Shown here: positions 45,921-55,675 of the stretch, in pieces
Numbering within the stretch: the first letter of the stretch is position 1
Layout: each line of letters starts with the position of its first letter
Assembly (NCBI GenBank): GCA_963696385.1
Contig: CAVOKF010000003.1
Coordinates: forward strand, 160,001-224,000
Length of the DNA stretch: 64,000 bases
Direction: 5' to 3'
Source: an uncultured delta proteobacterium
GTDB lineage: Bacteria; Myxococcota_A; Polyangia; Polyangiales; Polyangiaceae
Made by a program: the position numbers and the translations under genes
Notes under the pieces: model-generated
What the model was told of the DNA's origin: nothing
The model's database searches: none
Seen by the model: only the letters and a program-made list of their open reading frames with translations

Positions 45921-46337
45921 ATGGCGCTCTCGATGGGCAATCGCGGAGGCGGAGGTTTCCGCGAGATCAACGTCACGCCGCTCGTCGACGTGATGCTCGT
46001 CCTGCTCATCGTGTTCATGGTCACGGCGCCACTGCTGACGACCGGCCTGCACATCGATTTGCCCGAGGTCCAGGCGACCAACACTCCGATCAAAGACGCG
46101 AAGCTCGTCGTTTCGATCACCAAAGAGGAGCGCATCTTGTTTGGCGAGGTCGACGTCACAAGCGACGTCGAGAGGGTGTTACTCGACAATTCTCGCGTCC
46201 AAAAGGAGCATGAGCTCTACATCCGGGCGGACAAAGACGCCCGCTATGGGGTCGTTGCGCGTGCGGTCGCGGCCTCGCGAGCCGCGGGAGTCACTTCGCT
46301 GAACCTTCTCGTGGACCCGGAGGAGCTCAAGCCGTGA
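45921..46337 (+). CDS. tolR: TolR/ExbD
   Basis: EINVTPLVDVMLVLLIVFMVTAP, RADK..YG.V. Confidence 0.9.
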   Translation: MALSMGNRGGGGFREINVTPLVDVMLVLLIVFMVTAPLLTTGLHIDLPEVQATNTPIKDAKLVVSITKEERILFGEVDVTSDVERVLLDNSRVQKEHELYIRADKDARYGVVARAVAASRAAGVTSLNLLVDPEELKP

Positions 46338-47134
46338 CGAGCGGCGCGGCACGAACATTCGACGCACACGACCTGACCATTGCGTTTGCCGTCGCGTTGC
46401 TGGCGCAAATCGGCTTCGTCGCGGCGTTCTCGCTGCCCACTCCCGCGCTCGTGCAAGCGGATATCTCGAACGACAACGCGCAGCCCATCTCCGTCGCCAT
46501 CACACCTGTGCTCAAGCTGGGCAGCAAGGCGCCCACGAAGGCCGCCTCGATGTGGGAGCGCAGGCACCCGGTCGCCTCGAAGGCAAAGCCCGCCGCCGCC
46601 TTGCCCTCGACCCAAGCAGAAAAAACGCCCGAGGCGATCCCGAGCGTCTCGGTTCCCGACGCCTCGGTGGCGCCCCGATCCGTGCCGGACGCCGGGCGCG
46701 CGGAGCCGAATCTCACCGCGCCGGAGGACGCGGGCGGAGCACCCACCGCATCATCGATTCAGGGCTCTGAACAGGGTGCCGTCAACGGGACCGAGACCGA
46801 TCCGCTCAAGGCCCGCGCCGTCGATATGTATCGCGCCCAGCTGCAGGCATGGTTTGCCGCGCGATTCGCCGTCCGCGGCAAAATTCCATTCGAAAAATTG
46901 AAGACCCTGCATGCTGCGGCCCAAGTCACTATCAACCCGGATCGCAAGGTGACAAGCTTTTCCATCACGCGTAGAAGCGGGGATTCGATCTTCGACGGCG
47001 CCGTCGAATCGATGCTGGTACAAATGGAGTCGAGCGGCGTCGAGTTACCCGCGCCTCCTCCGATGTATCCGGATACCCTTGGCAGCAGTCTCCCGGTGGC
47101 ATTTCAGTGCAACGTGCAGAGAGACTGCGAATGA
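46334..47134 (+). CDS. TolA/TonB-like energy transducer
   Basis: N-terminal TM, Pro/Ala linker, C-terminal SGD..FD.AV..LP.PP domain. Confidence 0.78.
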   Translation: MTSGAARTFDAHDLTIAFAVALLAQIGFVAAFSLPTPALVQADISNDNAQPISVAITPVLKLGSKAPTKAASMWERRHPVASKAKPAAALPSTQAEKTPEAIPSVSVPDASVAPRSVPDAGRAEPNLTAPEDAGGAPTASSIQGSEQGAVNGTETDPLKARAVDMYRAQLQAWFAARFAVRGKIPFEKLKTLHAAAQVTINPDRKVTSFSITRRSGDSIFDGAVESMLVQMESSGVELPAPPPMYPDTLGSSLPVAFQCNVQRDCE

Positions 47135-48522
47135 ACGGCTCGGGGCGTCTGTGGATTTTGGCCGCAATCGGCGCCCTGGTCGGTGCCCGTGGCCGGACGG
47201 CGTCTGCGGGGGATCCGCCGCCACCGGGGTCCACATCCGCGAGCAGCGCGCCCGACGAAAGCCTGCTGGGCACGGTCGAGGTCAATGGTGCCGCAGGGCT
47301 TCCCCCCTTGCCGAAATTGGCGGTCGTGCCCATCGTCACGACCGGGAGCGCTGACAGTGTCGCGAACCTCGTTGTTCGGCGGGACATGGAGCTCAGCGGG
47401 CAATTCGACGTGATGGACGAGAGCGCGTCACCAGCGGGCCCGTTCACCCATACGACCCCCGTTGATCTCGGCGCCTGGCGCGGCAAGGGCGCCGAGTACG
47501 TTCTTCGGATTCTGGCCGAGCCGGCGCCCAACGACTCCATCCGCACCCAGCTCGTCGGCGAGGCGTACGTGACGCCGGCGCGCGCCGTGAGCGATCCGGC
47601 CTCGGATCCCAAACCAGCCTTCCGAACCATCGTGCCGACGTCCACCTTGGAGGTGCGGGCCGCTTCGCATCGGCTCGCCGATCAGCTGCTCGGAGCGTTG
47701 ACGGGGCGGCCGGGCGGGTTCGCGAGTCAGATGGCGTACGCCGAGACGGTTGGACGTTGGCGGAGAGTCTTCGCCATCGACGCGGATGGATTCGATCTTC
47801 GATCGATCGGACCGACGGACGCCATCGCGCTGTCGCCTGCGTTCGGTCCGAACGATCAGATATTTTACGCCCTTTCGCGCGACGACTCTCCGTTTCGCCT
47901 CGTCTTCGGCCCGAACGCCATTGCCGTCCCTCTTTCGGTTCCGGGGTCGGTTCTCGGCGTCGGGTTCAGCGCCGACCGCGCGCGCATCGCACTCAGTGTC
48001 ATGGACGAGGGACGGAGCGAGCTTTGGACCGGGGACCGAGGCAACATCAAGCGCACCGATGCGCCGCCGTTCGCCAATCACCCGGTCTTTGGTCCGTTCG
48101 GTAGAATGGCCTACGTCGCCGGATCGCCGGTGCAGCGCGTTTACGTCAACGGCAAGGCCGTTTCGCCACCGGGCTTCATGGCGAGTGCGCCCGTCTTTTG
48201 CGATACGCCCCAAGGCTTGCTCATCATTTACACGGTCGGCGTGGGCAGCGGCGCCGATATCGTGGCATCCGATAGCGGCGGAGGGGGCGTACGACGGCTT
48301 ACGCAACACGAAGGAGCCAATACCTACGCCGCATGCAGCCCGGACGGACGGCTCGTCTCCTTCTTTTCGACGGGCAAGGTGAAGCGAATCGGAGCGGCTC
48401 AGGACGAGGGCGCGGGGCTATTCATCATGCCCATCGCGCGTCCGTGGCTCGCAAGGAAAATCTCGAGCGAAGTGGGCGAATCGCTCCGCTGGGAGCCGCT
48501 GCCGCCCGTGGGACCCCGATAA
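47131..48522 (+). CDS. tolB: TolB-like beta-propeller protein
   Basis: RDMELSGQF, HRLAD..LTG.PG.F.SQ.AY, DADG, RRLT..SPDG. Confidence 0.8.
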   Translation: MNGSGRLWILAAIGALVGARGRTASAGDPPPPGSTSASSAPDESLLGTVEVNGAAGLPPLPKLAVVPIVTTGSADSVANLVVRRDMELSGQFDVMDESASPAGPFTHTTPVDLGAWRGKGAEYVLRILAEPAPNDSIRTQLVGEAYVTPARAVSDPASDPKPAFRTIVPTSTLEVRAASHRLADQLLGALTGRPGGFASQMAYAETVGRWRRVFAIDADGFDLRSIGPTDAIALSPAFGPNDQIFYALSRDDSPFRLVFGPNAIAVPLSVPGSVLGVGFSADRARIALSVMDEGRSELWTGDRGNIKRTDAPPFANHPVFGPFGRMAYVAGSPVQRVYVNGKAVSPPGFMASAPVFCDTPQGLLIIYTVGVGSGADIVASDSGGGGVRRLTQHEGANTYAACSPDGRLVSFFSTGKVKRIGAAQDEGAGLFIMPIARPWLARKISSEVGESLRWEPLPPVGPR

Positions 48523-48542
48523 CGGCGTCTGGGACGGGCGGA

Positions 48543-49487
48543 TTAAGGACCGCCTTCGCGGACCACGCTTTGACCCGTCGCTGCAGGCGGCGTCGAGTCT
48601 CCAGACGGCAAGAGGGCAAACTCGATCCGCCGGTTCAGCGCGCGATTGTCGGGACGGTCATTTTCGATCCACGGATCGAACGAGCCCGCGGCAGCCACGA
48701 CGAGCGACGTTGGCGGCACTCCGACCGACACAAGAAACTCGACGACGGAAACGGATCGAGCCGCGGTGAGTGTCCAGGATGACGGAGACGCTCTTGTACC
48801 ATGGGTAGGCCTCTCCTGCTCCTTGTCCTCCACGCCATCGCTGTCGGCCGTCACGAGAAAACGCCGATGGCTCGACCGAGGGGACGTCGTTTCGATCGCG
48901 CGTGCGATTTCCATCAACGCTCCCTTCCCAGCGCTGCGCAGTTCCGAACGGCCTTGGTCAAACAGGAGATCGCCTTGGACGTTCATGACGAACTCGCCGC
49001 GTCGCGAATCGATGCGGATCTGTCCAGCGTCGATGAGCGGTTTGAATCGCTGCTGGAAATCCCGGAAAATCTGCGCACGTTCCTCGGCAACGGCTTGCGC
49101 CTTGCGAAGCTCTTGCAGGCGAAATTTCGCGTCGTCCAAAGCCTTGGCCAACGTACCTCGCTCCGCCAACATCTTGTCCACGTCGGTGCCCAACCGCTGC
49201 AATTCGCCTCGCAATTGCTGATTGATTGCGGTGGCCTCGTCGAGCTGGGCTTGCACGTTGTGCGACGCGGTCGACAGATCGACCAACTTAGCGTCACGCT
49301 CTTGCACGGCCGCCTGTACAGAAGACAGCTGCTGCATCAGACCCTGCAGGCGCGCTGCGTCGTCTCTCTGCCTGGCGACGGCGTCCGCCCGAACTCTCGC
49401 GTCATCGGCGATGCACTCGTCGTAGTGCGTCTTCGAAACACAGCCGGCGGAAACCGCCACCCATAACAGTGCTGGGACGAGACGCAT
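48543..49487 (-). CDS. MotB/OmpA-family lipoprotein with a coiled coil
   Basis: Lipobox SAGC, long coiled coil, LLFD.G..EL, W.LT.AR..V, NRRIE. Confidence 0.85.
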   Translation of the reverse strand: MRLVPALLWVAVSAGCVSKTHYDECIADDARVRADAVARQRDDAARLQGLMQQLSSVQAAVQERDAKLVDLSTASHNVQAQLDEATAINQQLRGELQRLGTDVDKMLAERGTLAKALDDAKFRLQELRKAQAVAEERAQIFRDFQQRFKPLIDAGQIRIDSRRGEFVMNVQGDLLFDQGRSELRSAGKGALMEIARAIETTSPRSSHRRFLVTADSDGVEDKEQERPTHGTRASPSSWTLTAARSVSVVEFLVSVGVPPTSLVVAAAGSFDPWIENDRPDNRALNRRIEFALLPSGDSTPPAATGQSVVREGGP

Positions 49488-49511
49488 CGATCGCGCCCTG
49501 TTGCCATACCG

Positions 49512-50438
49512 TCAAGTCGGCGGGGCGACCACTCGCCCGCGCACACCGCCGACCGAAACGACGCGACCGACGTCCGCAAACGGTCGCTTCAGCATCGCCA
49601 GAGCGAGAGGATGCCCGTAGGTCGGCGATGCCACAGCGCTCGTGACTTCGCCCGCGGGCGACCGGTCATCCGCCGTGACGCTCGCCCCCGCGGCAGGCGC
49701 GTCGCCTCCTTCGAGCTCAAGTACGACGAGCTTTCGCTTTACGTGACCGCGCATCTCGAGCATGCAAACCACCTCTTGACCCAGGTAGCAGCCCTTATCG
49801 AAGCTCACGGCGGCCTTCTCGAGCGCTGCCTCCTGCGGATACGTCGCGTCGCCGAAATCGACGCCGAATTCGGGAATGCCACGCTCGAGGCGCAACGCTT
49901 TCCAGCCGTCGGAAGCCCCGGTAACGCCACCGAGGGCATGCGCCGCTGCTTCGATCGCCCTACCCGCTTGGGCGTCAACCTCTTCGGGGATCACCACGAT
50001 GGCTCCGCCAAGACCCGTGCGATCGACGATCGAACCGATTGCGCCGGCATCGCAAGCGGCCGCAAGGACGTCTCCGGATCGGGGCCCGTGCAAAGAAACG
50101 ACGGAAAACGCATCTGTGCGCGACGCCACATGCGCGTCCTCCATCACCAGGTAGTGGTCGAGGTGCCGCCTAAGGGTGTCTACCACCGACGACGGCACAG
50201 ACACGAATACCTTTTCGCCGGCGTCGGCGATGAGCGCGTCCGCCAGGATCCGCCCGTTGCGCGCGACGAACAATCCGTACGTCGCGTACCCCTCACGCCG
50301 CTTGAGCAAATCGCAGGTGACCAAGCCGTTGAGCCACGAAACGCGGTCGCCGCCGGTGACCACGAGCGTCGCTCGGCCGCTCTCCGATAGCGCGAGCACA
50401 CGGTGCCGCGCAGCGGTCACTTGGTCTCTGACATCCAT
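49512..50438 (-). CDS. ygfZ: Folate-binding protein YgfZ (GcvT family)
   Basis: SFDKGCYLGQE signature. Confidence 0.92.
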   Translation of the reverse strand: MDVRDQVTAARHRVLALSESGRATLVVTGGDRVSWLNGLVTCDLLKRREGYATYGLFVARNGRILADALIADAGEKVFVSVPSSVVDTLRRHLDHYLVMEDAHVASRTDAFSVVSLHGPRSGDVLAAACDAGAIGSIVDRTGLGGAIVVIPEEVDAQAGRAIEAAAHALGGVTGASDGWKALRLERGIPEFGVDFGDATYPQEAALEKAAVSFDKGCYLGQEVVCMLEMRGHVKRKLVVLELEGGDAPAAGASVTADDRSPAGEVTSAVASPTYGHPLALAMLKRPFADVGRVVSVGGVRGRVVAPPT

Positions 50439-50578
50439 GGCAACGCCATCGATTGGCACATCTGCGCGCAATCGCAAGGGCCATGCAACAAGGTGACGAG
50501 GGATGGCCTCGGCGCCGCGAAGGGCCCTTCGCCGCTCGCCATCCGCATTGACGGCGACGGATCCGGCAGACGATATCG

Positions 50579-51610
50579 ATGTCCGCCATGTCCGGCATCG
50601 GCGTTGTCGTCAATCCGAAGAGCAGACGGAACCTGGGCGACCCAGGCGCGGCTGCTCGCTTGGCGCGCCAGCTGGGCGACTCCGGCATCGTGCGCGAAGC
50701 TCGATCCATCGACGAGCTTCATCGCGTCGCGGAGGATTTCCAGCGCGCCGACATCGACGTACTCGCCATCAGCGGAGGCGACGGAACGAACAGCGTGACG
50801 CTTACCGGCTTCGTCCGCGCCTACGGGTCGACCCCACTTCCACCCATTGCCCTGTTGCGCGGCGGCACGATGAACACCGTAGCGAACTCGGTCGGCGTAG
50901 CGCGCGGTCGACCCGAGCACCTGCTCGGTCGGCTCGTTCATCGCTACGCCCGGCGCGCGACGGAGCCGATTGCCGTCGTGGAGCGCGACGTCATGCACGT
51001 CGTGTCGGAGACCGACCGCACGACCCGCTGCGCATTTCTCTTCGGAACCGGGATCATGCATCGGTTTCTTGCCGAGTACTACGCCGGCGGTGCTTCGTCG
51101 CCGCTCGTAGCGGCCAAGGTCCTGGCGCGCGGTATCGGCAGCGCGATGGTCGGCGGGCCCATGATTCAGCGGCTCGCCGAGCCGTTTCGGGGCTCGGTCA
51201 TGGTCGATGACGGGGTCGAATGGCCCGAGCGCGACTACCTCGCTGTCGCCGCGGGGACGGTTTCGCACATCGGTCTGGATTTCAAGCCGTTCTACCGATT
51301 CGCCGAACGCGCTGGAGCGTTTCACTGCCTGGGAATCGTTGCCTCGCCCGCGGCTTTCGTCGCGGAACTTCATCGCATTCATCAAGCGCGTCCGATGCGG
51401 GCGGGTAAAGCGTACGATGCCGTCGCGAGCCGAATGGTCGTTCAAAGCACCGTGCAGCCCCTGCGGTACATGATCGACGGGGATTTGCACGAGACGAGGG
51501 GCCGGCTGGAGGTGACGGTTGGCGCCCGGGTTCGCCTGATCGTCGAGCCTGGAGAACACAAAGACGGGTTCAGGGGCGCCCCGCTTGCGCCCGGCAAGCT
51601 CCCTTCTTAA
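50579..51610 (+). CDS. Diacylglycerol kinase-family lipid kinase
   Basis: VVNPKS, SGGDGT, GGTMN, IDGD. Confidence 0.88.
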   Translation: MSAMSGIGVVVNPKSRRNLGDPGAAARLARQLGDSGIVREARSIDELHRVAEDFQRADIDVLAISGGDGTNSVTLTGFVRAYGSTPLPPIALLRGGTMNTVANSVGVARGRPEHLLGRLVHRYARRATEPIAVVERDVMHVVSETDRTTRCAFLFGTGIMHRFLAEYYAGGASSPLVAAKVLARGIGSAMVGGPMIQRLAEPFRGSVMVDDGVEWPERDYLAVAAGTVSHIGLDFKPFYRFAERAGAFHCLGIVASPAAFVAELHRIHQARPMRAGKAYDAVASRMVVQSTVQPLRYMIDGDLHETRGRLEVTVGARVRLIVEPGEHKDGFRGAPLAPGKLPS

Positions 51611-52238
51611 CGTTGTAAACGCCGTGTGGCCCATTGCTTTCGCCCTCGCCGCTTGTATTGGTGTGCTTTCGGCCGAATCGGGGGCTCGGGCCGATGGCCT
51701 GACCCCCGCCGAGGCCGATCGGCTGGCCCGAGCGGAGACCGTCGTACGAAACGAGTCGATCGAGCGAAACGGGCGACGCTATGTCGGCGGCGTCGCGTAC
51801 GCCATACTCGACACGTCACCCGCAGACCTCGAAGCGCTTCTCGTGAACGACGAGGCGTGGCAGCGCATCCTTCCCAAGGCGCGATCCGCCTGCAGGGTGG
51901 GAACCGAGGCGGGCGACGCGCTCGTGGAGATGACCCACGGGACGCCGCTTTTGCATGCGACGTATACGATTCGCGTCCGGCACGAGGCGCACAACGTTCG
52001 CTTCTGGCTGGATCCGCGGCGTCCACACGACATCGAGGACGCATGGGGCTTCCTTCGTGCCGTTCCCCGGCCCGACGGCCGAACGCTGGTCACCTACGGA
52101 GTGCTCATCGACATGGGCCCGGGGCTTCTTCGCGATATGTTCGAGGAGCGCGTGCGTGTCGCGGCGCTCACGGTGCCCGATCGCGTTCGCGACCTGCTTC
52201 TCGAACGAAGTGCCACGAGTGTGCGAGCCTCGAGGTGA
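51585..52238 (+). CDS. SRPBCC/START-like lipid-binding secreted protein (start uncertain)
   Basis: Signal peptide ending ARA-D; W..ILP, helix-grip pattern. Confidence 0.65.
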   Translation: MRPASSLLNVVNAVWPIAFALAACIGVLSAESGARADGLTPAEADRLARAETVVRNESIERNGRRYVGGVAYAILDTSPADLEALLVNDEAWQRILPKARSACRVGTEAGDALVEMTHGTPLLHATYTIRVRHEAHNVRFWLDPRRPHDIEDAWGFLRAVPRPDGRTLVTYGVLIDMGPGLLRDMFEERVRVAALTVPDRVRDLLLERSATSVRASR

Positions 52239-53191
52239 CTGTTCGCGCACCCACGGCAGCCGTTACGCGGGTCTCGATCATTGCGCTCAGCACGTATCGC
52301 GAAGCGGTTCGAGCGCGCGTTCTTCTTTCGGTGTTCGCGCTCGGGCTGATGACGTGCGCGTATTCGCTCGTGGTGGCCTCGCTGTCGCTGCATAACGAAG
52401 AGCGTGTCGTCGCCGATCTTGGGGGCGCCTCTCTCTCGCTTTACGGGGTCGCCATTGCGATCGTGCTCGGCTCGACGTCGCTGTACCGAGAAGTCGAGTA
52501 TAAGACCGTATTTCCCATATTGTCTCGCCCCATTCGCCGTTGGGAGTACCTCGTCGGCAAGTACTTCGGTACCGTGCTGACGGTCGTCGTTTTCGTCGGC
52601 ATCGAGTCCGCGGCGGTGCTTCTTGCCCTCGCGCTCGAAGCCGGGGCGCCAGGGCTCCGAATCGGCGCGGTCACGGCTGCCGCTTTCCTGATTCTGGCCG
52701 GATGCATCGCGCGCTTCCGACACGCGGGAGTTTTCGTCGCGATCCCCTGGTCGATTGCCGTAGCGGCCATCGCCTGGACGCAAGCGTCCTACGCACTGGG
52801 TGAGCGACAGCTCGTCACGGTCTCGGCGGTACTCGCCGTGCTCGAAGTGAGTATCGTGGCCGCCGTGGCGACGTTGTTCGCCTCGTTCTCGTCGCCGTTT
52901 CTGACGGCCACCTTCACGTTCCTGGTGTTTCTCATCGGGCGCTCCGCGGACAGTCTCGCGCACCTGCCCACGAGGACATTCGGGGCCCAGATTGCTGGAC
53001 TCGGCCGATGGCTCTCGCACGTATTCCCGAATCTGCACGCTTACGTTCCCGCACGGTCGCTCCTTCTCGGGCAAGTCGCCGACGATCGGGTGTGGTCTTA
53101 TGTGGGGCGCGCCGGAGCCTACGCCGTGGCCTACGCCACCGTTGTCTTGGTGATTGGAGCGCTTGCGTTCGGTAGGCGGGACTTCTCATGA
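52235..53191 (+). CDS. ABC-2 type transporter permease
   Basis: IALSTYREAVR, REVEYKT..ILSRPIRRWEYLVGKY, terminal F.RRDF; multiple TMs. Confidence 0.9.
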   Translation: MTVRAPTAAVTRVSIIALSTYREAVRARVLLSVFALGLMTCAYSLVVASLSLHNEERVVADLGGASLSLYGVAIAIVLGSTSLYREVEYKTVFPILSRPIRRWEYLVGKYFGTVLTVVVFVGIESAAVLLALALEAGAPGLRIGAVTAAAFLILAGCIARFRHAGVFVAIPWSIAVAAIAWTQASYALGERQLVTVSAVLAVLEVSIVAAVATLFASFSSPFLTATFTFLVFLIGRSADSLAHLPTRTFGAQIAGLGRWLSHVFPNLHAYVPARSLLLGQVADDRVWSYVGRAGAYAVAYATVVLVIGALAFGRRDFS

Positions 53192-53346
53192 GCCGAACGA
53201 CGTGGGGCGGAGCGCCGTTCGGGCGCACCGGAGCCTACGCCGTGGCCTACGCCACCGTTGTCTTGGTGATCGGAGCGCTTGCGTTCGGTAGGCGGGACTT
53301 CTCATGAGCCGAACGACGTGGGGCGGAGCGCCGTTCGGGCGCGCCG
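53105..53346 (+). repeat. 116-bp tandem duplication with 10-bp terminal microhomology
   Basis: 53105-53220 and 53221-53336 differ only at 53111/53227 (G/A) and 53155/53271 (T/C); GGGCGCGCCG at 53105 and 53337. Confidence 0.97.
53188..53307 (+). CDS. 39-aa chimeric ORF created by the duplication
   Basis: MSRTTWGGAPFGRTGAYAVAYATVVLVIGALAFGRRDFS; ATGA overlaps with both neighbours. Confidence 0.45.
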   Translation: MSRTTWGGAPFGRTGAYAVAYATVVLVIGALAFGRRDFS

Positions 53347-53942
53347 CCCTCTTCGCGTCGTTCGTTGCCGCGACGGCACTGAGCGTGCTGGCTGCGCGCG
53401 AAGTCGTCATCGGTCGTGACGAGGTGAGCGAGTCGGACGCCGCGTCGGCCCATGGCAACTGGCTCGACGCGATCCGCCACGCTCGCAACGCAGCTCAGGC
53501 GAGCTCGCCCGGAAGCCCTTGGCCGTCGCGGGCGCGCCGCCGGCTCGAAGCGATGGGGTTGGACGCCGAGCGGCGGGGCGATGACGACACGGCGCTCCTC
53601 GCGTACGGCTCACTTCGCTCGGCGGCCCTGGCGACGCGCGGGATCGGCTCGAACAGTGCTCGGTGGCGAGCCGCCGCCGAAGACGGACTGTCGCGCGTCG
53701 CAGGGCGGCGGTCGGACGTTCCGCACCCACGGGACGCGCGGTCGAGCATGCTCGCAGCGCTGCAGCACGAGGAGGCTCCGCCAGCTGGAACCATGGCGCT
53801 GCTCATGGCTTCGGCGCTGGCGCTGACGGCCGGGCTCGGACACCTGGCGTGGGTCGACTCGCAGAGGGCCGGCGTTCGACTGGGACAGACTCTCGTTGCC
53901 GGCGGGATACTCACATTCGCCGCTGCGCTCTTGATGAATTGA
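53304..53942 (+). CDS. Hypothetical membrane protein
   Basis: N-terminal TM, helical TPR-like middle, two C-terminal TMs. Confidence 0.75.
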   Translation: MSRTTWGGAPFGRAALFASFVAATALSVLAAREVVIGRDEVSESDAASAHGNWLDAIRHARNAAQASSPGSPWPSRARRRLEAMGLDAERRGDDDTALLAYGSLRSAALATRGIGSNSARWRAAAEDGLSRVAGRRSDVPHPRDARSSMLAALQHEEAPPAGTMALLMASALALTAGLGHLAWVDSQRAGVRLGQTLVAGGILTFAAALLMN

Positions 53943-53967
53943 ATCGGGGTGTGGCAAATCTTGTCCG

Positions 53968-55524
53968 ATGGCTACGGTACCCATGGATGCCGGCAAGGTC
54001 ATGCGCTGCCGCGACATCGCCGAGCGCATCGCGGCCGACGTGCAGCGCTACATCGACACGCACACGACCGTCGGAGTCGAGCGCACGATCCTTCGGGCCT
54101 ACGGCGCCGAGGGCGTCGACCACGAGGGTGTGCCCCTCGTCAACACGGCCGTCGATCGCTACGCGCGGGCCGGGTTGCTCGGACGCGGCATCGCCTTTTT
54201 TTTGGGTCGGGCCCTTCTCGCGGGGGCAAAGACGGCGCAGAGCGCCGCCGAGTCCCTGGCATTTTCCGCGGAACTCGACGCAGGCGACAACGAGCCGGGT
54301 CTCGATGCTGTGCGCCACGTCCTCGTAGACCCTACCGAAGCCGCTCTCGCCCGTATCGACACCGCACGCGACGAGCGAGAAGAACTGAAGCGTCGCGTCC
54401 CCACCGGACCCACACCGCTCAAGTACGTGATCGTCGCGACGGGCAATATTTTCGACGACGCCGTGCAAGCCAAGGCGGCGGCCCACGCCGGTGCCGATGT
54501 CGTGGCCGTGATTCGGGCCACGGCGCAGTCTCTTCTCGACTACGTCCCGCACGGGGCCACGACCGAGGGTTACGGAGGAACGTTCGCGACCCAGGAGAAC
54601 TTCCGGATCATCCGACGCGCTCTGAATGAGTTCAGCCAGGCCGGCGGCCGCTACGTGCTCCAGGCGAACTACTCGTCGGGCCTATGCATGGCCGAAATCG
54701 CCTGGATGGCCGCCGTCGAGAGGCTCGACGTACTTCTCAACGACGCCATGTACGGGATCCTGTTTCGCGACATCAACATGTGCAGGACATTTGTCGATCA
54801 ATACGTGTCGCGTCGGTTCATTGCCCGCGCGGGCATCATGATCAATACGGGGGAGGACAACTACCTGACGACCGCCAATGCGGTCGAGAAAGCGCACACG
54901 GTTCTAGCGAGCCAGTTCATCAATGAAGCGTTCGCACTTCGCGCCGGCCTGCGGACTGCCCAAATGGGACTGGGCCATGCGTACGAGATCGATCCGTGGC
55001 TCGAGGACTCGTTCTTATTGGAAATGGCGCAGGCGCAGCTCATCCGACAGATTTTCGACTGCCATCCGATCAAATGGATGCCGCCGACCAAACACAAAAC
55101 GGGAGACATCTTCTTTGCTCATGTGCACGACGCTCTATTCGATCTCGTCGGGGTAACGACAAAGCAGTCCATCGAGCTCTTGGGCATGTTCAGCGAGGCG
55201 ATTCACAACCCCCTGCTGATGGACCGCTACCTCGCCCTGAAGGCAACCCGGTACGTCTATAACGCGTGCAAGCACCTGGGCGACGAGATGGAGTTCAGGA
55301 CCGACGGTATCGTGGCGCGTCGCGCCGTTCAGGTGCTCGACGAAGCCCTCGAGTTGCTGGTCGCGGTCGAGCGTGACTCGATTTGGGATGCGATCGGCGC
55401 GGGCGCATTCGCTGATGTCAAGCGAACACGCACCGGCGGCAAGGGTTATGGCGGCGTCATCCGGCGCGATCGGGATTATGTCAATCCGCTGCTCGATGCG
55501 CTGGAGGCGAGCTCGACGGCTTAG
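53968..55524 (+). CDS. kamD: Lysine 5,6-aminomutase alpha subunit
   Basis: HTTVGVERT, YVIVATGNI..D, AVIRATAQSLLDYVP.GAT.EG.GGTFATQENF, NTGEDNY, MPPTKH. Confidence 0.94.
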   Translation: MATVPMDAGKVMRCRDIAERIAADVQRYIDTHTTVGVERTILRAYGAEGVDHEGVPLVNTAVDRYARAGLLGRGIAFFLGRALLAGAKTAQSAAESLAFSAELDAGDNEPGLDAVRHVLVDPTEAALARIDTARDEREELKRRVPTGPTPLKYVIVATGNIFDDAVQAKAAAHAGADVVAVIRATAQSLLDYVPHGATTEGYGGTFATQENFRIIRRALNEFSQAGGRYVLQANYSSGLCMAEIAWMAAVERLDVLLNDAMYGILFRDINMCRTFVDQYVSRRFIARAGIMINTGEDNYLTTANAVEKAHTVLASQFINEAFALRAGLRTAQMGLGHAYEIDPWLEDSFLLEMAQAQLIRQIFDCHPIKWMPPTKHKTGDIFFAHVHDALFDLVGVTTKQSIELLGMFSEAIHNPLLMDRYLALKATRYVYNACKHLGDEMEFRTDGIVARRAVQVLDEALELLVAVERDSIWDAIGAGAFADVKRTRTGGKGYGGVIRRDRDYVNPLLDALEASSTA

Positions 55525-55650
55525 GGCCCGCACCCGTAATGCAACCGTCGTTCTTGGCTTGCGGGGGGCCTTCGACGGGGGTGCACCCGCACGAGCAGAG
55601 CTCAGCCGCCGTCTGAGTCGCGTGCCATCCATTTGCGGGAATCCGCTCCG
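55521..55650. repeat. Possible degenerate MITE-like insert between kamD and kamE
   Basis: Begins at the kamD TAG with TAGGGCCCGCACCCGTAA, similar to the TAGGGGTCCGTTTCGTAA end motif; contains GTTCTTG and G-rich stems. Confidence 0.35.
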
Positions 55651-55675
55651 CGGTGCACGCTACCCGTACCGTCGC

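Noticed and set aside
44597..48522. TolQ/TolR pair as the myxobacterial AglRQS gliding motor
   Set aside because: A single TolR plus TolA-, TolB- and Pal-like genes fits Tol-Pal; only the pal-first order is slightly unusual.
53105..53346. Direct repeats as a CRISPR array or att sites
   Set aside because: Two adjacent 116-bp copies of coding sequence with no spacers and no cas genes or integrase.
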